NCBI GenBank assembly: GCA_037446215.1
Contig: JBBIJB010000014.1
Coordinates: 7,463-40,572, forward strand
Direction: 5' to 3'
DNA: 33,110 bases
Source of the DNA: Armatimonadota bacterium
Lineage (GTDB): Bacteria > Sysuimicrobiota > Sysuimicrobiia > Sysuimicrobiales > Humicultoraceae
How positions within the stretch are numbered: position 1 is the first letter of the stretch; each line of letters opens with the position of its first letter. Shown here piece after piece: positions 27,303 to 33,110 of the stretch. The notes below the pieces were generated by a model, which had not been told where the DNA came from, did not search any database, and worked only from the letters and a program-made list of their open reading frames with translations. The position numbers and the translations under genes were made by a program.

Positions 27303-28031
27303 GTGGCTCTGATTCAGATGCGAGAGGTCGAGAAGGTCTACCGGATGGACGGTGTCGAGGTCCGTGCGCTGGGCGGTGTCTCCCTTGCCATCGAGCAGGG
27401 CGAGTTCGTGGCGATCATGGGGCCCAGCGGCTCGGGCAAGTCCACGTGCATGAACATACTGGGCTGCCTGGATCGCCCGACCTCCGGCGCCTACCTGCTG
27501 GATGGGGCCGATGTGGCCACCCTCGACGATGTGGCTCTGGCCCGCCTGCGCAACCAGAGGCTCGGGTTCGTCTTCCAGTCGTACAACCTGCTGCCCCGCA
27601 CGCCCGCGATTGAGAACGTGGAGCTCCCGCTAATCTACTCCGGCGCGTCCGACCGGCGCGAGAAGGCCCTCGCCGCGCTGGAGGCCGTCGGGCTGCGTGA
27701 GCGTGCCGATCACCTGCCCACGCAGCTCTCAGGCGGAGAGCAGCAGCGCGTGGCCATCGCCCGCGCGCTCGTGATGGATGCGCCGATCATCCTCGCCGAC
27801 GAGCCGACCGGAAACCTGGACACGGCAACCGCGAGCGAGATCATGGGGATCCTCGAGCGGCTCTCCCGGCAGGGGATGACGATAGTGCTCGTGACACACG
27901 AGGCCGACATCGCCGCCCGCGCCCGCCGGCTGGTTCACTTCCGCGACGGCCTGATCACGAGCGATGAGCGTGCGCCCGCGGGCGTCGGAGAGCCGGCCCG
28001 TCTTCCGGCTCCCGGAGGAGTGAAATCATGA
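27303..28031 (+). CDS. ABC ATP-binding protein (MacB/LolD/YknY-like)
   Basis: [51 protein letters not shown] 27303 after AGGAGG. Confidence 0.94.
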   Translation: MALIQMREVEKVYRMDGVEVRALGGVSLAIEQGEFVAIMGPSGSGKSTCMNILGCLDRPTSGAYLLDGADVATLDDVALARLRNQRLGFVFQSYNLLPRTPAIENVELPLIYSGASDRREKALAALEAVGLRERADHLPTQLSGGEQQRVAIARALVMDAPIILADEPTGNLDTATASEIMGILERLSRQGMTIVLVTHEADIAARARRLVHFRDGLITSDERAPAGVGEPARLPAPGGVKS

Positions 28032-29239
28032 GCCTTTCGGCGAGCCTTCGAATAGCCGTGCGGGCAATAAGGGGCAACCCCCTGCGCTCGCTGCTGACGA
28101 TGCTCGGCGTGATCATCGGCGTCGCGTCCGTGATCGCCATGATCTCCATCGGGCAGGGCGCCCGCCAGGCCACGATGACGCAGATCGAGTCGCTGGGCAG
28201 CAACCTGCTGACCGTAATCGCCACCTCCGCGCGACAGGGCGGGATTGCCGCGGCGAGCGCGGTGCAGACGCTCACCCTTCAGGACGCCGAGGCCATCGCG
28301 CGGGACGTGGCAGGCGTCGCGGGAGTGAGCCCGGAGCTGTCCAGGCGCGCGCAGGTGGTCTTCGGGAGCCAGAACACCAACACCCAGGTCTCCGGAGTCA
28401 CGCCCGCCTTCCCCCAGGTCCGAAACTCCCACCCGGCCCAGGGCGAGTTCTTCACGGATGACGACGTGCGTAGGCGCAGCAAGGTCGCGCTGCTCGGCAA
28501 GACCGTGGCAGGCAATCTCTTCCCCGAGACAGACCCGATCGGCCAGCGCATCAGGGTCCAGGGCGTCACGTTCACGGTCGTGGGCGTGATGGAGTCCAAG
28601 GGCGCGGGCTTCGGCGGGGATCGGGATGACGCGGTGTTCGTGCCGCTGACTACCGCGCAGTACCGGCTCTTCGGGGCGACGCACGTGGGAGTGATTCACG
28701 TGCAGGCCCGCACCGCGGACGAGATGTCGGCGGTGCAGCAGGCCGTCAGGGATCTGCTGCGGGTGCGCCATCGAATCCCCGCGGGCCGCGACGACGATTT
28801 CACGATCCGCAGCCAGGCGGATATCCTTCAGGCCCTGACAGGTGTCACCCGGACGATGACGATGCTGCTGGGGGGCGTGGCCGCGGTCGCGCTCGTCGTC
28901 GGCGGCATCGGCATCATGAACATCATGCTGGTCTCGGTCACCGAGCGCACACGCGAGATCGGGATCCGCAAGGCGGTAGGGGCCCGCAGATCCGACATCC
29001 TCATGCAGTTCCTGGTCGAGTCGGTGACCGTCGGCGTGACCGGCGGGTTGATCGGCATTGCCCTGGGTGTCTTGGGCTCACGACTGATCACCCGACTGGC
29101 GGGCTGGGCGACGCTGCTCTCGCCGCAGGCAGTCCTGCTCGCGTTTGGGTTCGCGGTCGCGGTCGGAGTCTTCTTCGGGCTCTACCCGGCTCGGCGGGCG
29201 GCAATGATGGATCCGATCGAGGCGCTCCGTTACCAATAG
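28028..29239 (+). CDS. ABC permease (MacB/FtsX/YknZ-like)
   Basis: RSLLTMLGVIIGVASV, periplasmic domain, VGGIGIMNIMLVSVTERTREIGIRKAVGA, FGLYPARRAA.DPIEALRY. Confidence 0.95.
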   Translation: MSLSASLRIAVRAIRGNPLRSLLTMLGVIIGVASVIAMISIGQGARQATMTQIESLGSNLLTVIATSARQGGIAAASAVQTLTLQDAEAIARDVAGVAGVSPELSRRAQVVFGSQNTNTQVSGVTPAFPQVRNSHPAQGEFFTDDDVRRRSKVALLGKTVAGNLFPETDPIGQRIRVQGVTFTVVGVMESKGAGFGGDRDDAVFVPLTTAQYRLFGATHVGVIHVQARTADEMSAVQQAVRDLLRVRHRIPAGRDDDFTIRSQADILQALTGVTRTMTMLLGGVAAVALVVGGIGIMNIMLVSVTERTREIGIRKAVGARRSDILMQFLVESVTVGVTGGLIGIALGVLGSRLITRLAGWATLLSPQAVLLAFGFAVAVGVFFGLYPARRAAMMDPIEALRYQ

Positions 29240-29293
29240 GCCAGATACCAGTGGGTCGGAGCACGGTGTGAAGCGCAAGACAGGAGGAGCGAT

Positions 29294-29791
29294 ATGAGGC
29301 GGGGTTCAGGAAGACGCTGGTTGTGGATAGGCGCCGGCGCGGTAGCCGTCGCGCTCACGGCGGGCGGCCTGTACTACGCCAGGGGGCGGTCGCAGGTGCT
29401 GTCGGGAGAGCGCGATCCGGCCCTCGGGCTGGTGATCGGGATCCGTGCGCTCGAGCGCGATCAGGGTGCCCGGCTCACCGACGAGCAGGTCTCGAAGATC
29501 CTTCCATTCCTCAAGGCCCTGAAGGACATCCCTGCCTCCGACGTCGAGCAGGTCAGAGCCGTGGTGCGCTCCATTGGCGACGCGCTCACGCCCGAGCAGA
29601 AGGGCTTCATGGACGAGATGCGCCGCCGGATCCAGGCAGGCCGGCGACCCGGCGGTCCGCCACGGGGCGGCGGTCCTCCAAGCGGCGGACTCCCGGGCGC
29701 CGGTGCTCCGGGATCCGGCCGCGACCCGGAGCAGTTCAGGGCGCGCATCTTCGAAGCGACGATACGGATGCTCGAGCAGAGGGCGCGGTAG
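29294..29791 (+). CDS. Hypothetical membrane-anchored protein with LTxEQ motifs
   Basis: AGGAGGAG RBS, N-terminal hydrophobic helix, LTDEQ and LTPEQ motifs, Gly/Pro-rich linker; lies inside the efflux operon. Confidence 0.75.
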   Translation: MRRGSGRRWLWIGAGAVAVALTAGGLYYARGRSQVLSGERDPALGLVIGIRALERDQGARLTDEQVSKILPFLKALKDIPASDVEQVRAVVRSIGDALTPEQKGFMDEMRRRIQAGRRPGGPPRGGGPPSGGLPGAGAPGSGRDPEQFRARIFEATIRMLEQRAR

Positions 29792-29822
29792 TGCCTCTGC
29801 ACGGAGGAGGTCAGTGTCAACC

Positions 29823-31112
29823 ATGAACACATCCAGGCTGTTGGCCGTACTGGCGCTGTCTGCCCTGCTCGCGCTGGCAGTCGCGCCCACGGCGGCGCGC
29901 GCACAGACGACGCCACCGCGCGCGGCGTCGCTGGCGGAACTGATCGCAGTGGCCGAGGAGAGGAGCCCCGCGCTGGCCGCGGCGCGCCAGTCGGTGGCCG
30001 CATCCGAGGCGGCGGTCGCCCTCGCACGCGCGGGCCTGGGCGTGACGGTAACCGCGCGCGGATCGGCCGGGGTCTCCGGCAACACGGCGGCGGGCACCTC
30101 CTCGTCTTCGAGCTCGGCTTCCCTGGTCGCCGCCTACACCCTCTACGACAGCGGCCAGACGGCCTACGCAGTGCAGCAGGCCGAGGCGATCCTTCGATCG
30201 GCCAGGGCCTCGCTTGAGGCGGCCCGTCAGGACACGTCTCTCGCGGTAGGGCAGGCGTACGTCGCCGTGCTGCGCGCCGAGCGCGGCGTAGCCCTGCAGC
30301 AGCAGCAGGTGGCCCGCAATCAGGAGCTGGTCCGTATCGCCCAGGGGCAGTTCGACGCCGGTGTCGTTCCGCGGTCGGATCTCGTGCGGGCGCAGGCAGG
30401 GCTGGCAGCGGCGCAGAGCGACCTGATCGCGGCCGAGAGCGCGGTGGCGCAGTCGAAGGCCTCGCTCGGCGTTGCGGTCGGCGTCGGGCCGACGGCGCAG
30501 ATCACGGTCGCCCCTCCGCCGGAGGTCCCTCAAGTTACTGTTCTCCAGGCAGATCTCGCGCGATTGATCGAGCAGAGGCCCGAGATACGCAAGGCGCTCT
30601 CCGACACCGAGGCCGCCGAGGCCGCGCTCCGGGTGGCCCAGGCAAGCCGGGGATTGAAGGTGGCCCTCGAGAGCACCGTTGCGCAGGCGTTCACGCCTGC
30701 CGGCAACACTACATACTCGATCGGGGCCAGCGTGAGCTTTCCCGTTTCCGACGCGGGGCGCGCCTCGGCCCTGGTCGATCAGGCGACGGCCAACCTGCTG
30801 GCCGCCCGCGCGCGCGTCGAGAGCGTCCGCCTGTCCACGCTGCAGGATGCGGTAACCGCGCTGCTCGGGCTATCCGTCGCACAGGCCCGCCTCGACAGCG
30901 CCCGTGCCTCACTCGCCTTTGCCGAGGAGTCGCTGCGGCTGGCCCGGGGACGATACGGCGCCGGCGTAGCACCGATCTTCGAGGTGACCGATGCGCAGAC
31001 CACGCTGGTGGCAGCGGAGGTTGCCCTTGCGGGCGTCGAGTTCGACCGCCTGGTCTATGTCCTTCAGTTGCGCCGGGCGCTGGGCAGGTCCATCGCGGAC
31101 GGGCGGATCTAG
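29823..31112 (+). CDS. TolC family outer membrane efflux protein
   Basis: Signal peptide ending ARA-Q, A.ERSPAL, YTLYDSG, AYVAVL, QFDAGVVPRSDL and RYGAGVAPIFEVTDAQ (twofold OEP repeat); ATG 29823 after GGAGGAGG. Confidence 0.88.
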   Translation: MNTSRLLAVLALSALLALAVAPTAARAQTTPPRAASLAELIAVAEERSPALAAARQSVAASEAAVALARAGLGVTVTARGSAGVSGNTAAGTSSSSSSASLVAAYTLYDSGQTAYAVQQAEAILRSARASLEAARQDTSLAVGQAYVAVLRAERGVALQQQQVARNQELVRIAQGQFDAGVVPRSDLVRAQAGLAAAQSDLIAAESAVAQSKASLGVAVGVGPTAQITVAPPPEVPQVTVLQADLARLIEQRPEIRKALSDTEAAEAALRVAQASRGLKVALESTVAQAFTPAGNTTYSIGASVSFPVSDAGRASALVDQATANLLAARARVESVRLSTLQDAVTALLGLSVAQARLDSARASLAFAEESLRLARGRYGAGVAPIFEVTDAQTTLVAAEVALAGVEFDRLVYVLQLRRALGRSIADGRI

Positions 31113-31124
31113 GTCTGTGGCTTT

Positions 31125-31580
31125 CTAGGGGTAGGTGACTGCCCTCGTTGCCAGACCGTCGCTCGAGAGCGTGAGCGTCACCCTGGTTCCCAGGGCGGGC
31201 AGGCACTTGACCGGGCTGGAGCGCGCCGCGGCCTCGAACCTCATCGTCGTGGCGGTGGCGTCCTCGGCCAACCCGTAGTCCCAGCACCTTCCCTCCTCTC
31301 CCGGAGGGATGAACCCGAGCACGGTCTCCATGTTGGCGTCGGTCACGCCCTCCCAGGACTCCTTGATCGCGTGGTGCACCCACCCCAGCGTCTTGAGCTC
31401 GGCGAGCGCGAAATCGGCCTCGGCGATCAGCGCTTCTCGCCGCCCTCCCAGGTACCTCGGCACCGCCATGCCCAGCAGTAACGCGATGATGATCAGGACG
31501 ATGATGAGCTCGAGCAGCGAGAAGCCGCCTGCCATCCGCGTGTGCCTGTATCCGCCCCCGGCGTGTCGGGTCGCTGCCAT
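31125..31580 (-). CDS. Type IV prepilin-like protein
   Basis: Class III signal G|FSLLELIIVLIIIALLLGMAVPRY with E5 and P22, two C-terminal Cys; ATG 31580 after GGAGGAAGG. Confidence 0.85.
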   Translation of the reverse strand: MAATRHAGGGYRHTRMAGGFSLLELIIVLIIIALLLGMAVPRYLGGRREALIAEADFALAELKTLGWVHHAIKESWEGVTDANMETVLGFIPPGEEGRCWDYGLAEDATATTMRFEAAARSSPVKCLPALGTRVTLTLSSDGLATRAVTYP

Positions 31581-31710
31581 CCTTCCTCCCAGGGATCTCT
31601 GAGGCAGGAGGTCCATGCGTAGAGATCCCCGTCGAGAGGTGGTCTTCCCTCCGGAGCTTCGGCCTAGACCTCCACACCCCCGCTCGAGTCCCGGGCCGGG
31701 GACGACATGC

Positions 31711-32775
31711 ATGCCGCTGGTGATGACGCCGAGAGCCTGGCCGCGCTTCCGCGGCACAGGAAGCCGCAGGCCGCTCGGCGAAAGCGCCGACGTGCCCCTC
31801 GCAGGAGTCCTGGTGATAGCCGCCCTCGCCGGCCTGGCCTGGTACGCCGGGGTCCTCTTCCCGTTCGTTGGGGCGCCTGTCTTCGCGCTCCTTGCCGGGT
31901 TCGCGATCCGCAACACCGTGGGTGTGCCGGCCTACGCGAAGCCCGCGGTGGAGTTTACGCTGCGCCGGCTGTTGCGCGCGGCGATCGTCCTGTTCGGGGC
32001 GACGTTGAGCTTCTCACAAGTGATGAGCATCGGCGCCGGTTCTCTGGCAGTGGTCGGGGTGACGATCGCGCTGGGACTGGGACTCGTCTATGCGTTCGGC
32101 CGATGGCTCCGCGCGCCTGCCGGGCTGGTCTGCCTGATAGGAGTCGGCACCGCGATCTGCGGCGCCACAGCGATCCTGACCATCGGCCCGATAGTGCGCT
32201 CGCGCGAGGACGAGATCGCCTTCGCGGTGACCACGATCTTCCTGTTCAATGTGCTGGCGGTCGTCGTCTATCCCGCGCTCGGCCATCTCCTCGCCATGCC
32301 GGACACGGCCTACGGCGTCTGGGTAGGGGCGGCGGTGCACGACACCTCCTCGGTGCTCGCGGCGTCGTTCGCGTTCAGCGAGCCCGCGGGTCGGGTGGCG
32401 ACGGTCGTGAAGCTCCTTCGGACCCTTGCGCTCGTGCCACTCGCGCTCGGCTTCGGCCTGGCCTACGGCCTGGCGAGGCGCCCGGGCGCAGATGAGGGGG
32501 GACGGATCGATCTCGTCCGGATCTTCCCTTGGTTCGTCCTCTGGTTCGCGGCGGCCGCGCTCCTGAACACCGCGGGCCTGGTCGGCGACGACGCCGGCAG
32601 GATGGCCTCCCTGGCCGGCAAGTTTCTCGTCGTCATGGTCATGGCCGGCGTGGGGCTGAGCGCCGATGTGAGGCGGATCGCCCTGATCGGCCCACAGCCC
32701 CTGGGCATCGGCCTGGCGGCCTCTGTGATGATCGCCGCGGTCAGCTTCTCGCTTGTCCGGCTCCTCGTGGAGTAG
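31711..32775 (+). CDS. YeiH / UPF0324 family membrane protein (putative sulfate exporter family)
   Basis: LLRAAIVLFG, LIGVGTAICGATAI, GAAVHDTSSV, ATVVKLLRTLAL, PWFVLWF, MAGVGL. Start uncertain (31615, 31711, 31723 or later). Confidence 0.88.
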   Translation: MPLVMTPRAWPRFRGTGSRRPLGESADVPLAGVLVIAALAGLAWYAGVLFPFVGAPVFALLAGFAIRNTVGVPAYAKPAVEFTLRRLLRAAIVLFGATLSFSQVMSIGAGSLAVVGVTIALGLGLVYAFGRWLRAPAGLVCLIGVGTAICGATAILTIGPIVRSREDEIAFAVTTIFLFNVLAVVVYPALGHLLAMPDTAYGVWVGAAVHDTSSVLAASFAFSEPAGRVATVVKLLRTLALVPLALGFGLAYGLARRPGADEGGRIDLVRIFPWFVLWFAAAALLNTAGLVGDDAGRMASLAGKFLVVMVMAGVGLSADVRRIALIGPQPLGIGLAASVMIAAVSFSLVRLLVE

Positions 32776-32846
32776 GCCGCGAAGGGCGAGATGGCGACCC
32801 AGATCCCTATCAGCAGGATGAGCCGGTTCATGGTCGTCGTCGACAT
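32776..32846 (-). pseudogene. Possible 5' remnant of an SPW-repeat membrane protein gene
   Basis: Reads MSTTTMNRLILLIGIWVAISPFAA, resembling the SPW repeat (N..LG.W...SPW/F); the frame then runs into the antisense of the YeiH gene. Confidence 0.4.
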
Positions 32847-32884
32847 CGCCTTGGGCCTGTCTCGCAAATGACCCCACCTGCCAC

Positions 32885-32925
32885 TTGACACATTCGATCA
32901 CATTCGACTATTTTCGATCATGATC
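32885..32925 (+). promoter_or_regulatory. Sigma70-type promoter with three 10-bp-period repeats (putative DeoR operator)
   Basis: TTGACA (32885-32890), 18 bp, TATTTT (32909-32914); CATTCGATCA/CATTCGACTA/TTTTCGATCA at 32891/32901/32911; palindrome GATCATGATC at 32916-32925. Confidence 0.7.
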
Positions 32926-32932
32926 AAGCATT

Positions 32933-33110
32933 ATGGATCTCCCGGTCGAGCGCCGACAGCGGATCCTCCAACTGCTCGAAGCCCAGGGCGGTCTACGCAC
33001 TGTTGAGCTGCGGCAGGCGCTCGACGTCTCCGTCGCCACGGTGCGCCGCGACCTGGGAGTCCTGGCCGATCAAGGTCTGATAGAACGGACTCACGGCGGG
33101 GCCTTCCTTC
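32933..33110 (+). CDS. DeoR/GlpR family transcriptional regulator (3' truncated by window edge; not in ORF track)
   Basis: Manual translation MDLPVERRQRILQLLEAQGGLRTVELRQALDVSVATVRRDLGVLADQGLIERTHGGAFL, with the DeoR HTH signature VS..TVRRDL..L...G...RTHGGA. Confidence 0.92.
   Translation, partial: MDLPVERRQRILQLLEAQGGLRTVELRQALDVSVATVRRDLGVLADQGLIERTHGGAFL

Noticed and set aside
31125..31523. Electrically conductive (e-pilin) type pilin
   Set aside because: Full-length globular pilin lacking the aromatic residue at position 27, with no cytochrome context.
31640..31735. c-di-GMP-I-like (GGCCTAGACC) or fluoride-like (TGATGACGCC) riboswitch fragments
   Set aside because: Only short partial matches; the GCAAA/GAAA-tetraloop elements and the 5' GGNGATGG pairing element are absent.
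31581..31916. N-terminal extension of the pilin ORF to 31916
   Set aside because: It overlaps the YeiH gene on the opposite strand, and a strong RBS precedes ATG 31580.
68..32901. Many long antisense or alternate-frame ORFs (e.g. 5717-7423 -, 21965-23566 +, 12048-13340 -, 3899-5206 -)
   Set aside because: They shadow well-supported genes, are Arg/Pro/Gly-rich with no motifs, and are expected from stop-codon scarcity in high-GC DNA.
32891..32920. CRISPR array or VNTR
   Set aside because: Only three imperfect 10-bp units, no spacers and no cas genes; better explained as an operator.

Overview
GC-rich bacterial chromosomal window. It probably comes from a diderm, since it has a TolC-family gene and binding proteins with non-lipoprotein signal peptides. 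No rRNA, tRNA, CRISPR array or mobile element was recognised. Contents in order: (1) 1-10138 (+), a branched-chain amino acid operon 'ilvB-ilvC-ilvN-leuA-leuC-leuD-cimA-leuB-ilvD with a long plant-like KARI sitting between ilvB and ilvN; (2) 10171-15789 (-), a GntR/UTRA regulator, an Fbp/Afu-type ABC importer and a NagD-like HAD phosphatase; (3) 15872-17164 (-), a CBS-CBS-GGDEF diguanylate cyclase whose C-terminal domain aligns by eye with the LeuA/CimA regulatory domain; (4) mntP, a decayed AlkD-like pseudogene, and a peptide/nickel-family ABC cluster with two paralogous binding proteins but no ATPase; (5) an OmpR-family two-component system divergent from a MacA/split-MacB/accessory protein/TolC efflux operon, with mirror-image 11-bp-period boxes between them; (6) an orphan type IV prepilin, a YeiH-family membrane protein, a probable SPW-repeat gene remnant, and the 5' end of a DeoR regulator with a repeat-laden promoter. 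The strongest novelty candidates are the cyclase domain architecture and the symmetric divergent promoter. All family assignments come from motif recognition by eye, not database searches.
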